From assembly GCA_049472355.1 (NCBI GenBank), contig JBLIRP010000062.1, forward strand, positions 1-24,805: a DNA stretch of 24,805 nucleotides, in the 5' to 3' direction. Source of the stretch: a bacterium. Lineage in GTDB: Bacteria > SZUA-182 > DTGQ01 > JAFGSM01. The notes under the pieces are model-generated. The model did no database searches and had not been told where the DNA came from. It worked only from the letters and a program-made list of their open reading frames with translations. Positions 8,257-17,828 of this stretch are shown here, piece after piece. A program made the translations under genes and the position numbers. The number at the start of each line of letters is the position of its first letter. Positions within the stretch are counted from its first letter, which is position 1.

Positions 8257-9570
8257 ATGATGGCTATTGACAAGGGTCCGTTGTACCTCCTCCCGGTCCT
8301 CGTGCTGACAGGGCTCATCTGCCTGCCTCTTCCCCTTTGTTCGGATCAACCGCTCATACCCCTTCAGAACGGCGCCAAGAATGAAAATGAAATCCTGTTT
8401 TCAAGACAGGCCCCAAAAACCGCGATCGAACCGGACGCATCATCGGGACGCCGCATCGTGGTCTCCGGCACACCTTCCGATACGCAGGATACCAAACAGG
8501 GAAAGGATGAAGCGGAAATTGATGTGAAACTCAACGTGGAAGGTGTCCTGATGTGGGATTACGATCAGTTTAACGGCGTGCATCTGGGGAATGCCATAGA
8601 AGGCTACCAGGTGGGCAATGAGACGGAACTGCGGCGGGCACGCATTGAGCTGGAAAGCACAATCGACAAGGACTGGGAGGCAAAACTCGAGGTGAGTTTC
8701 GAGAATGACGACTCCGCACCGGAGATCGGGGATGCCTACATAGCATTCACCGGGTGGAACGACCTCACCGTGACGGCCGGGCAGACAAAGGAACCATTCG
8801 GATTGGAAGAGCAGACCAGTTCTTCATGCATCAGCTTTATTGAACGATCCATGGCCACCAGTGCCTTTGCCCCGGGGTATCATCCCGGCCTGGCCCTATC
8901 AGGGGTTCCAGGCTCCTTCACCTGGGCCATAGGCGTTTTTGAGGCCGCTGACCGTGAATACAAAAGGGACACCCATGCCCTGACCGGCCGGCTGACGTTT
9001 ACTCCCTGGGAGCACCAAAAGCAGGTCCTCCATGTGGGTATTTCAGGATCTGTAAGGGATTTCGGGGGAGAGCCCTATGCAATCACTGAACGCGCCGAGG
9101 TGCACACGGCGGAGGAGATCATCAAGAGCGTCGAAACCCCGGCGGACGACGTCAGGCTCGCGGGTGTGGAATTCGCCTGGGTTAGGGGGCCGTTTTCCTT
9201 GCAGGCGGAACACATGACCGCATCGATACAGGCAGATGTTGGCGAAGACGCCACCTATGCAGGCTACTACATACAGGGAAGCCATTTTCTGACCGGTGAG
9301 CACCGCCCGTACAAAAACGGGAGGTTCAAATCAGTGAACCCGGGCGCGCCATACGGCGCCCTGGAACTGGTCTCTCGCTACAGCGTCCTGGATGCCGAGG
9401 ACAATGAGCGGGGCGCCAGCGCCAGGAACCTCACCCTGGGTGCCAACTACTACATAAACAAGCGGATTCGATTGATGATCAATTATATCAAGACCACCCT
9501 AAGGGATGGCGTGTCCAAAGAAAAGGCCGGTGCCGATGCCATCTCCACCCGAATACAATACGAACTCTGA
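8257..9570 (+). CDS. Phosphate-selective porin, OprO/OprP family
   Basis: Signal peptide; ELRRARIEL, DAYI, GQTKEPFGLEE...SFIERS, GYYIQGSHFLTGE, GALELVSRYS, LGANYY motifs; ends RIQYEL. Confidence 0.9.
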   Translation: MMAIDKGPLYLLPVLVLTGLICLPLPLCSDQPLIPLQNGAKNENEILFSRQAPKTAIEPDASSGRRIVVSGTPSDTQDTKQGKDEAEIDVKLNVEGVLMWDYDQFNGVHLGNAIEGYQVGNETELRRARIELESTIDKDWEAKLEVSFENDDSAPEIGDAYIAFTGWNDLTVTAGQTKEPFGLEEQTSSSCISFIERSMATSAFAPGYHPGLALSGVPGSFTWAIGVFEAADREYKRDTHALTGRLTFTPWEHQKQVLHVGISGSVRDFGGEPYAITERAEVHTAEEIIKSVETPADDVRLAGVEFAWVRGPFSLQAEHMTASIQADVGEDATYAGYYIQGSHFLTGEHRPYKNGRFKSVNPGAPYGALELVSRYSVLDAEDNERGASARNLTLGANYYINKRIRLMINYIKTTLRDGVSKEKAGADAISTRIQYEL

Positions 9571-9713
9571 CCTTCTCGTATTCGCCCATTCGGTCTTATA
9601 TTTCGTCCGCTGGGTCGAACTTTTATGCCTACAGCATAGGGCGATTGAAGGTCACGCGCCACAATTTAGTGGTAACTCACTGTAAATACTATGGTAATTT
9701 TTTTCAGATCCAG

Positions 9714-9729
9714 TGGCATGCTACTTGAT
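9714..9729 (+). promoter_or_regulatory. Sigma54-like promoter upstream of the VTC gene
   Basis: TGGCAT-GCTAC-TTGAT, about 190 nt before ATG 9917. Confidence 0.5.
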
Positions 9730-9916
9730 AATCATAACCTGTAGTCCACCGTATATCCTTAACTCGTGACAGGGGCAGAGAGTGGTTGCGGATTGGCGAC
9801 CATTCCTTTACTAGTGCCGAGGCGGTAGAGGGTATCAAATAATCCGTGTCAACAGGAGAAAAAAATTTGTCAAAGACAACAAGCAGTAACGGCACACACA
9901 GAGGAGACAGGCGCAC

Positions 9917-10636
9917 ATGATCGAGCGGGAAGGACTGCAATTGCGACACGAGCAGAAGTACTACCTTGCCCCCGCGGAGTACCGTATCCTGCAAAGCCGT
10001 CTTGCTTCCCTTCTATCACCGGACCCGCACGCAGGTCCCGACGGCCGCTATCATATCCGGAGCCTCTACTTCGATGATTTCAAAAACACCGCCCTGTTCG
10101 AAAAGCAGGCAGGGGTGCCCAGGCGCAAGAAATACCGTATGCGCATCTATGATTTCAGCGACGCAGTGATCAAGCTCGAAAAAAAGATCAAGCTTGACTA
10201 TTACATCGGCAAGGAGAGTACACGGATCAGCCGTGAGGAGGCAGACCGGATATTGGCGGGGGATGTCGCCTTCCTGGCCGGTTCTGAAGAGCGTCTTCTC
10301 AGGGCATTCTATGCGGAGAGCCGGTGCAGGCTGTTACGCCCGAATGTAATCGTGGATTATTATCGAGAGGCATACATTCATCCCATGGGCAATGTCCGCA
10401 TCACCTTCGACATCGGCCTGCACACGGGACTTGGCTGCACGGCGATCTTCGATCGGGATTGCTTCACCATGGGGGCCATAGAGGAGCCAGGGGTGATTCT
10501 CGAGATAAAGTATGATAATTTCCTGCCCCAGGCAATTCGGGGCCTGCTCCTGAGTACGATTCGCCCCCGGATGTCCGTAGGAAAGTTTGCCATTTGCAAA
10601 AAACATAACAAATACAACGATTGGGAGGACAATTGA
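9917..10636 (+). CDS. VTC-domain (polyphosphate polymerase-like, CYTH/TTM fold) protein
   Basis: RHEQKY, YHIRSLYFD, KYRMRIY, IKLEKKIK, YYREAY, RITFD, ILEIKY, GKF motifs; RBS GAGGAG. Confidence 0.92.
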   Translation: MIEREGLQLRHEQKYYLAPAEYRILQSRLASLLSPDPHAGPDGRYHIRSLYFDDFKNTALFEKQAGVPRRKKYRMRIYDFSDAVIKLEKKIKLDYYIGKESTRISREEADRILAGDVAFLAGSEERLLRAFYAESRCRLLRPNVIVDYYREAYIHPMGNVRITFDIGLHTGLGCTAIFDRDCFTMGAIEEPGVILEIKYDNFLPQAIRGLLLSTIRPRMSVGKFAICKKHNKYNDWEDN

Positions 10637-10637
10637 C

Positions 10638-11306
10638 ATGGGGACCTTGGATCAATTGTTGAAGAGCCTGGAGGCCCTGTCCTTTTCCGACCGCGCCCTC
10701 ACGGTGGAGCGGGTTGTCGTAACACTGCTGATCACCTTTGCCGCCGGCCTCTTTATATTCTATATCTATCGCAAGACATTCAAGGGGATCCTCTACACCC
10801 GGAACTTCAACATCGGGCTCGTCATGACCGCCCTGGTGACGGCACTCATCATCATGCCCATCAGTTCAAACGTCATCCTCTCGCTGGGGTTGGTGGGCGC
10901 CCTCAGCATAGTGCGTTTTCGCGCCGCCATCAAGGATCCCATAGACATCGTGTTCATGTTCTGGGCCATCGCCGTGGGATTGGCGTGTGGTGCGGGCTTC
11001 TATATGGTGGTCATCGTGGGAAGCCCCATGATCGGCCTCTTCGTCTTCGGGTTGAGCCGGGCGCATTTCGGCAGCGCCGATCCCTATCTCCTGGTGATAC
11101 ACCACAACAACGGGACCGAGAAGGAGATTCAAAAGGCCCTGCCCGCTCACCGGCTCCAATCCAGGACCGTGAATGCAAACGGCGTGGAATTGATGCTCGA
11201 GGTGCGCCTGCAATCGGAGGATGCAGCCCTGGTGGACAACCTGCTGCAGATCAAAGGGGTAACGCATGCGGCCCTCATCAGCTACAACGGCGACTATGTA
11301 TCGTGA
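10638..11306 (+). CDS. DUF4956 family membrane protein
   Basis: SNVILSLGLVGALSIVRFRAAIKDPIDIVFMFWAIAVGLACGAG signature. Start revised to ATG 10638 (RBS GGAGG), directly after the VTC stop. Confidence 0.92.
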   Translation: MGTLDQLLKSLEALSFSDRALTVERVVVTLLITFAAGLFIFYIYRKTFKGILYTRNFNIGLVMTALVTALIIMPISSNVILSLGLVGALSIVRFRAAIKDPIDIVFMFWAIAVGLACGAGFYMVVIVGSPMIGLFVFGLSRAHFGSADPYLLVIHHNNGTEKEIQKALPAHRLQSRTVNANGVELMLEVRLQSEDAALVDNLLQIKGVTHAALISYNGDYVS

Positions 11307-11373
11307 GCATCAGTGACGGCCACGAAAAATCCCGGTGGCTTGGACAATCGGTAACTCCTTAAGGAGCAGCGAG

Positions 11374-12363
11374 GTGAATATCAGAGACCTATGGAAGAAA
11401 AAAGTGACGCTCATCACGGCATCCGTTATCGTGCTGATCCTTATCCCCCTCATATGGAAGGGTGCGGAACTCCTTCAAAATAGCGGTGATACCCTTGAAA
11501 GGGGTCAGGGAGCGCGAATCGAAAATCCGGTTTTCCCGTACGAATTAAACCGTCCCTCGCAGAGATTCGAGCTGCCTCACTGCCTGGATGAGATTTCCGG
11601 TCTATCCTATCTCCCGCACAATAGACTGGCATGCATACAGGATGAGAAAGGGAAGATGTATATATTCGATATTGACAGGGGAGATGTCACGGAGAAAATC
11701 ACATTCGGGGATGGAAACGATTATGAGGATATCGAGATCATAGAAAACATAGCCTACATTTTACAGAGCAACGGCACCATCCTCACCGTGAATGATTTTG
11801 AAACACCCGACCCAGAGGTAAGAAGTTTCAATACACTGCTTTCGAGTAAAAACAACGCCGAAGGACTGGCCTTTGATGATGAAGCGAATGCATTGCTCAT
11901 TGCATGCAAGGATTCCCCCCATCTGAAGAAAAAGAAAAAACGCGAGGAACTGAAGGGGAAAAGGGTCATATACCGGTTCGATCTGGCCGAGGAAAAACTC
12001 AGCAAAACACCGGCATTCATCATCGACATGGAGGCCCTGCAAGACTCCATGCGCTATTCCTTGGTGGGGAGATCCATCCGAAGATTGATTGCGTTACTCG
12101 ATCCCCGCGAGGAAGACATCGATTTCCGTCCCTCCGGCATTGCCGTTCATCCCAAAACAAGGGACGTCTATATCATCTCCTCGGCCGACAGGATGCTCAT
12201 TGTCTTCAATCGGGAAGGGCATATCATTGCCGCCGAGCAATTGAACAGGAAGATCTTCAAACAGCCGGAGGGGATCTGTTTCAATCCCGCAGGGGACCTG
12301 TTTATTTCGAACGAACGAAGGGGCGGCAGGGCAACCATTGTGCGATGTGACTATCAAGGATAA
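11374..12363 (+). CDS. SdiA-regulated/YjiK-like beta-propeller, N-terminally membrane anchored
   Basis: EISGLSY, IQDEKG, DYEDI, NAEGLAFD, FRPSGIAVHP, QPEGICF, LFISNE blade motifs. GTG 11374 follows AAGGAG. Confidence 0.85.
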   Translation: MNIRDLWKKKVTLITASVIVLILIPLIWKGAELLQNSGDTLERGQGARIENPVFPYELNRPSQRFELPHCLDEISGLSYLPHNRLACIQDEKGKMYIFDIDRGDVTEKITFGDGNDYEDIEIIENIAYILQSNGTILTVNDFETPDPEVRSFNTLLSSKNNAEGLAFDDEANALLIACKDSPHLKKKKKREELKGKRVIYRFDLAEEKLSKTPAFIIDMEALQDSMRYSLVGRSIRRLIALLDPREEDIDFRPSGIAVHPKTRDVYIISSADRMLIVFNREGHIIAAEQLNRKIFKQPEGICFNPAGDLFISNERRGGRATIVRCDYQG

Positions 12364-12522
12364 GAGATGGCCTTTTCATCATGTCCCCTGGCGAGTTGTA
12401 TGCATGGATAAAGGGAAACGCCATTGCCGGGAGGAAGACCCGAAACATGATCGGATTGCCTCGTCCCCACGACCGGGTGCGGGATGGAGTGCAATGATCA
12501 GGAGAGTATTCCGAGGTGATAC

Positions 12523-14907
12523 ATGAAATGCACAGGCAGAGCCGGGCAGGGATGCCGTAAACATAATGTAAAAAAGAGGCGGCTTCCTGCTTTTATAAGC
12601 CCCCTCGCCATAGCCTTTCTCCTTCTTACGTTCCTGCCCGGTCCTGTCATTCCAGGCAGTGTCTCCCAGGCATTCGCAGCGCTTTACATCAACGAGTTCA
12701 TGGCGGACAACGACAGCGTGTATCAGGACCCGGCAGGGGGATTTGACGACTGGATCGAGATCTACAATTCCGGTACTGCCGCCGTGAGCATGGCCGGGAT
12801 GTATCTCACCGATGATCTCGCCGACCCGACCAAGTGGCGTATCCCTGCGGGAGTGACCATCCCGAAAAAGGGCTACCTGATCTTCTGGGCGGATAACCAA
12901 GAGGAGCAGGGCTCCTACCACACCAGCTTTGCCCTGTCAGCAGCGGGGGAGGAGATCGGCCTTTTCGGCACGGACGGCACCACCCTTGTCGACTCCGTCA
13001 CCTTCGGCGCCCAGCTTCTGGACGTTTCCTATGGGCGGTATCCGGACGGCACAGGTACCTGGGGCTTCATGGCAGGCACGCCGGGTGCCGCCAATAGCGT
13101 ACATAATGCACCGCCGGCCATTACCGGCACCACACGCGACCCGGTGTTACCTGCCGCCGGGGCTCAGATATGGATGACATGCACGGTCACCGATGACGGC
13201 ACCGGGGAAATTGTGGTAATGCTTGCCTACAATGCAGGGAGCGGCTGGGTGAATGTCCGGATGCAGGATGACGGTGAAAACCATGACGGGGAGAGCAATG
13301 ACGACCTCTTCGGCGCACCGATACCCGCCTTTCCCCAGAACACCACCGTGCGCTACTATATCACGGCAACCGACGACCTCGATGCCCAATCGGCCGATCC
13401 GGTCACAGCGCCGGCAGCGACCTATTACTATATCGTGGGGTATGTACCTCCCGTGCTCTTCATCAACGAGTTCATGGCCGACAACAAGAATACGATCCCG
13501 GACCCTGATGATCCGAACAGTTATCCGGACTGGATCGAGATCTACAATCCGGGTAATGCCGCAGTCACTATTGCAGGGATGTATCTCACCGACAATCTCG
13601 TCAATCCGACCCAATGGCGGATCCCCGCAGGGGTCACCATCCCGGCAAAAGGCTACCTGATCTTCTGGGCGGACAACGACGTGGACCAGGGCGACTATCA
13701 TACCAGCTTTGCGCTTGCTGCGGAGGGAGAGGAGATCGGCCTTTTCGGTGCGGACGGCGTGACCCTGGTGGACTCCGTCATCTTCGGCGCCCAGCTCATG
13801 GACGTTTCCTATGGACGATACCCGGACGGCTCGGGCTCCTGGGGCTTCATGGCGCCGGCTACGCCGGAGCATGAAAACAACCAGCATAACCCCCCGCCGG
13901 CCATTTCAGGCACAACCCACACCCCTGCACTACCAACCATGGTCGATCCGGTATGGGTGACTTGCACGGTTATCGATGACACCGCCGGGGTCTTTGTCAT
14001 GCTCACCAGCAATGTAGGGAGCGCCACGTACGATGTCCAGATGCGAGATGACGGCGCGCACCATGACGGGGGCAGCAACGACGGCATATTCGGCGCCAAG
14101 ATCTCCGACTTTTCCTCCAATGGTATTATCGTGGACTACTATATCACCGCGACCGACGCATCCGGGGCGGTGACCACCGATCCCCTCAGGGCGCCGTCCG
14201 TAACCTATTTCTATATCGTGGGCTATGTTACCCCGCCGCTTTTCATCAACGAGTTCATGGCGGACAATAAAGGCACCATCCAGGACCCTCAGGACCCGAA
14301 CAGCTTTCCGGACTGGATCGAGATCTACAATGCGGGTGATGCCGATATCAGTATGGCGGGGATGTACCTCAGCGATGATTGTGACGACCCGGCCAAGTGG
14401 CACATCCCTGCCGGGGTGACCATCCCCGCCGGAGGGCACCTGATCTTCTGGGCAGACAACGACGAGGAACAGGGCGTATACCACGCCGGGTTCAGGATCA
14501 ATAGAGATGGCGGGGAGATCGGCCTGTTCGACACCGGTGCAAAAAGGTATATGCCTATCGACACCATGACCTTCGGGAAACAGCCCGCGGACAATTCATG
14601 GGGCAGGATATACGATGCAGAGGGGCCCCTGGTGCTTTCCCAAAACCCCACCCCAGGCTATGCCAATGTATTCCCCCTGGGCACGCACCCCATGATCTGG
14701 ACCTTTTCACAGAGAATGGACAGCCATGCATTGATAAAGGCAATGGGAAACTGCGTAAGTGCGATCGAACGGGCCGATCCGGCTTCCGGCAAGCGGGAAT
14801 CCGCCTATCCCTTTTGGGGCAGGCCATCCGGCCGTCAATTTTCCATAGAACCCGGAGAGGGCCATATCATCTCATTCACCACACCCTGTCTGTCTCCCTT
14901 TGAATAG
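12523..14907 (+). CDS. Secreted protein with three lamin-tail domains and two Ig-like (choice-of-anchor-X-like) domains
   Basis: Signal peptide ending AFA; three copies of INEFMADN...DWIEIYN...GMYL[TS]D...LIFWADN...S[YW]GR; two MxDDGxxHDGxSNDxxFGA motifs (about 13261 and 14041). Confidence 0.9.
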   Translation: MKCTGRAGQGCRKHNVKKRRLPAFISPLAIAFLLLTFLPGPVIPGSVSQAFAALYINEFMADNDSVYQDPAGGFDDWIEIYNSGTAAVSMAGMYLTDDLADPTKWRIPAGVTIPKKGYLIFWADNQEEQGSYHTSFALSAAGEEIGLFGTDGTTLVDSVTFGAQLLDVSYGRYPDGTGTWGFMAGTPGAANSVHNAPPAITGTTRDPVLPAAGAQIWMTCTVTDDGTGEIVVMLAYNAGSGWVNVRMQDDGENHDGESNDDLFGAPIPAFPQNTTVRYYITATDDLDAQSADPVTAPAATYYYIVGYVPPVLFINEFMADNKNTIPDPDDPNSYPDWIEIYNPGNAAVTIAGMYLTDNLVNPTQWRIPAGVTIPAKGYLIFWADNDVDQGDYHTSFALAAEGEEIGLFGADGVTLVDSVIFGAQLMDVSYGRYPDGSGSWGFMAPATPEHENNQHNPPPAISGTTHTPALPTMVDPVWVTCTVIDDTAGVFVMLTSNVGSATYDVQMRDDGAHHDGGSNDGIFGAKISDFSSNGIIVDYYITATDASGAVTTDPLRAPSVTYFYIVGYVTPPLFINEFMADNKGTIQDPQDPNSFPDWIEIYNAGDADISMAGMYLSDDCDDPAKWHIPAGVTIPAGGHLIFWADNDEEQGVYHAGFRINRDGGEIGLFDTGAKRYMPIDTMTFGKQPADNSWGRIYDAEGPLVLSQNPTPGYANVFPLGTHPMIWTFSQRMDSHALIKAMGNCVSAIERADPASGKRESAYPFWGRPSGRQFSIEPGEGHIISFTTPCLSPFE
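12682..14665 (+). repeat. Intragenic domain repeats (units start at 12682, 13456 and 14239)
   Basis: Conserved at DNA level: CATCAACGAGTTCATGGC and GACTGGATCGAGATCTACAAT each occur three times, with spacings of 774 and 783 nt between unit starts. Confidence 0.9.
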
Positions 14908-14949
14908 TCTCCCCGAGCGCTTGTAAAACATTCGCCCAATGTATCCTTC

Positions 14950-16467
14950 TCAATACGTACCCTGCTCCGTGGCCTTTGCCCGCTCCTCGCTGCTCATGGC
15001 TGCGAGCCGTTTTACCTCCGCCACGTTCAGCTTCAGCCCCTCCGCCACCCTGGTGCCGTAGTTCTGGTCCGCCTTGTAGAAGACGGCGGCCTGGCGCAGC
15101 TGGATACGCCTTTGGGCATTGCCCAGGTGATCGACGATGTTCCCCACCAGGCGATCCCGGTCGTAGTCGGTCATGACCCTGCGATAGAGCTCCCCCGCCT
15201 GGAAGAAATCGTCATTGAGAAAGGTAAAGGGGTAACGCCCCGCCTTTCCTGAGATCTCGAAGGGAGGCTCATCAGCGCCCTTGTCAGGGGCAGGCCCGCC
15301 GAAGCTGTTCGGCCAGTAATTGGGGCCGCCGCCCCCGTTTTCATCCACACGCATGAATCCGTCGCGCTGGTAGTTCTGCTCGGGGGGGTTCTTTGACCGG
15401 TTGACCGGAATGAGGTGGTAGTTCGGCCCCAGCCTGTGGATATGGGTGTCGTGGTAGGAGAACACCCGCGCCTGGAGCATCTTATCCGGAGACACGGCGA
15501 TGCCGGGCACCACGTTTCCCGGGCAGAATGCGGCCTGTTCGATCTCCGCAAAGTAATTCTCAGGGTTTCGGTTCAACACCAGCTTGCCGATCGTGATCGG
15601 GGGGACCTCCTTGTGGAACCAGACCTTGGTGATGTCGAAGATATCCCAGCGAAAATCCCGTGCCTGCTCAGGGGTCATGATCTGCATCTCGAGGGTCCAG
15701 GAGGGGTAATCCTTCCGTTCGATCGCCTCATAGAGATCGCGGGTCGCGTGGTTGGAATCCTCCCCGGCAATCCGTCTTGCATCCTCCCTGGTGAGGTTCT
15801 TGATGCCCTGATCGGTCTTGAAGTGGTACTGAACCCAGAAATACTCGCCTTTTTCGTTGTACCATTTGAAGGTGTGGCTGCTGTAACCATTCATGTTGCG
15901 GTAGGTTGCGGGGATGCCCCGTTCGGAGAAGAGGATGGTGACCTGGTGAACGGACTCCGGGGTAAGGGAGAGAAAATCCCAGAACATGTCCGGGTCGGGC
16001 AGGTTGCTCGCAGGATGCCGCTTCTGCGTATGGATAAAATCGGGGAACTTCTGGGGGTCCCGTATGAAAAAGACCGGGGTGTTGTTTCCCGCAAGATCGT
16101 AGATGCCCTCCTCCGTATAAAACTTGATGGCAAACCCCCGCGGATCGCGGACCGCATCGGCGGAGCCCCGCTCTCCCCCCACCGTGGAGAACCGGACCAG
16201 GACATCGGTCTTCTTGCCGATCTTCGACAGGAATTTGGCCTTGGTGTATTTGGTGACATCCGCCGTCACCTCGAAGTACCCGTGCGCACCCGCTCCCTTG
16301 GCGTGGACGACCCGCTCGGGGATTCGCTCCCTGTCGAAATGGGTTATCTTCTCAAAAAGGTGGATGTCCTGCATCAACACCGGGCCGCGTTCTCCTGCAG
16401 TGAGGCTGTTCTGGTCATCGCCGACGGGGATGCCGAATGCGGTGGTTATTTTTTTCGCTTCCTTCAT
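14950..16467 (-). CDS. katA: Monofunctional heme catalase, small subunit
   Basis: [15 protein letters not shown] (distal His), [23 protein letters not shown] (proximal Tyr); RBS AAGGAGG. Confidence 0.97.
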   Translation of the reverse strand: MKEAKKITTAFGIPVGDDQNSLTAGERGPVLMQDIHLFEKITHFDRERIPERVVHAKGAGAHGYFEVTADVTKYTKAKFLSKIGKKTDVLVRFSTVGGERGSADAVRDPRGFAIKFYTEEGIYDLAGNNTPVFFIRDPQKFPDFIHTQKRHPASNLPDPDMFWDFLSLTPESVHQVTILFSERGIPATYRNMNGYSSHTFKWYNEKGEYFWVQYHFKTDQGIKNLTREDARRIAGEDSNHATRDLYEAIERKDYPSWTLEMQIMTPEQARDFRWDIFDITKVWFHKEVPPITIGKLVLNRNPENYFAEIEQAAFCPGNVVPGIAVSPDKMLQARVFSYHDTHIHRLGPNYHLIPVNRSKNPPEQNYQRDGFMRVDENGGGGPNYWPNSFGGPAPDKGADEPPFEISGKAGRYPFTFLNDDFFQAGELYRRVMTDYDRDRLVGNIVDHLGNAQRRIQLRQAAVFYKADQNYGTRVAEGLKLNVAEVKRLAAMSSEERAKATEQGTY

Positions 16468-16512
16468 GGTTCCCTCCTTTCGGTTGGGTCTTTGGGTTAA
16501 AGCATTACAGCT

Positions 16513-16550
16513 AATTGATAACGCTTATCAATTGCGAGTCTTTTTCAATT
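16513..16550. promoter_or_regulatory. Fur/PerR-type operator(s) upstream of katA
   Basis: Perfect palindrome AATTGATAA-cgc-TTATCAATT at 16513-16533, overlapped by a degenerate copy AATTGCGAG-tct-TTTTCAATT at 16530-16550. Confidence 0.75.
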
Positions 16551-16591
16551 GCAGATCAAAAGAACAGTGCGCTTCAAACGGAATTCGAATA

Positions 16592-17047
16592 TTATCCTTG
16601 AGAGCCTATTTTCGAGCGGCATTCCGGACAGATGCCGAAGAAGTCCAAACGGTAGGTGATGACCTCGAAACCGCTTTCCTCGATGATCTCCCTGGTCATG
16701 TCCTGGAGGCTTGCCAAATCCGGGTCTATGATCCTCTTGCACTTGATGCAGATGATGTGCGGGTGTGGATATGGATTTATGCCGTCATAACGGTTGCTCC
16801 CGTCCGGGAATCCCAGCTCGAGGACCTCCCCCAGGGATTTCATGAGCAGGATGTTGCGATAGATCGTGGCCTGGCTGATGCCGGGGAAATCTTGTTGAAG
16901 CTGTCCGTATATCTCTTCAACGCTGGGATGACCTTCGCTTTTCGAGAGTATCCGTATGATGGCCAGTCGCTGCGGGGTTATCTTGTGGTTGTTTTCCTTG
17001 AGCTTATTTACCATAACCCGGTATCTGTCTTCGGAATCGGCCTTCAT
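16592..17047 (-). CDS. perR: Fur-family regulator, PerR-like
   Basis: KITPQRLAI, HPSVEEIY, ATIYRN, RYDG, HPHIICIKC, CPEC motifs; adjacent to catalase. Start revised to ATG 17047. Confidence 0.85.
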   Translation of the reverse strand: MKADSEDRYRVMVNKLKENNHKITPQRLAIIRILSKSEGHPSVEEIYGQLQQDFPGISQATIYRNILLMKSLGEVLELGFPDGSNRYDGINPYPHPHIICIKCKRIIDPDLASLQDMTREIIEESGFEVITYRLDFFGICPECRSKIGSQG

Positions 17048-17060
17048 GACGAACCCTTCT

Positions 17061-17081
17061 AAATGATATCGATTCTCAATT
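17061..17081. promoter_or_regulatory. Probable autoregulatory Fur/PerR operator
   Basis: Minus strand AATTGAGAA-tcg-ATATCATTT, same 9-3-9 layout as the katA site, ending 14 nt before the start codon. Confidence 0.65.
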
Positions 17082-17407
17082 GTAGGCAATACGCATGGCC
17101 ATGTCAAATCAATTCCCGTGTCTTCATCGCCAAGATTAATCCGATCCGAACCAGTCGTGAAAGGCACGACCTTTTTCTTCCCTCTGGAATAACCCCGACC
17201 AGGATTTGTCGAGTATCGCACGGCGTTTGTCTATATTGTCTGTATGCATTTCATCCAGAAAAGCAAGTTCATCCATCATCAACATATCCCTCCGTATTCG
17301 ACCGTTCGGTCTTGCATTCGTCCTTAAGGTCGCGTTGATCAAGGTTACTCTCTCCTTAAATAATCAAATTTCCTTTTTTTGCAAATAATTAAATTGATTC
17401 CGGAATC

Positions 17408-17423
17408 CGGCATTGTTCTTGAA
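17408..17423 (+). promoter_or_regulatory. Sigma54-like promoter facing the 17829 gene
   Basis: CGGCAT-TGTTC-TTGAA after an AT-rich tract; two deviations from consensus. Confidence 0.4.
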
Positions 17424-17828
17424 TAAAAAATCTCTCAGAGATGACTCTGAGACAGGGGTTTTGGCTGGGTTGCCCTCGGTTTCATCATCAAAACCCCTTC
17501 ATCTCACAAATGAGACTTATGGAGATCTATTCGAGGTATCATGCAGGTATATCAAAGATTCAAAACCAATACGAGCAGGGCAATCAGGTGAGGAATCCTC
17601 TTGCCTTGTTTTATTACTTATCATAGGGGATCCTGTTGACCCTCTGAGATAGGGGAGGTGGTATTAGATTGGTTTCAACAGACTATTTTTCCCATTTATT
17701 CAATGATCGATTTAGGCTATGACGGATCAGGAGGTATCAAAAGGGGCAGATATACTTTTTCAATCCTGGTTAACTAAGGGTCAGATAATTAAACCTCTCA
17801 ACTGATATATTGGGATCAGGAGTATCAA

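Noticed and set aside
12379..14484. Minus-strand ORFs of 180, 246 and 184 aa that resemble each other
   Set aside because: Their similarity simply mirrors the LTD repeats on the coding strand.
15415..16500. 361-aa plus-strand ORF
   Set aside because: Antisense shadow of katA with no recognisable motifs.
16124..17062. 312-aa plus-strand ORF
   Set aside because: Antisense to katA and perR and crosses their operator region.
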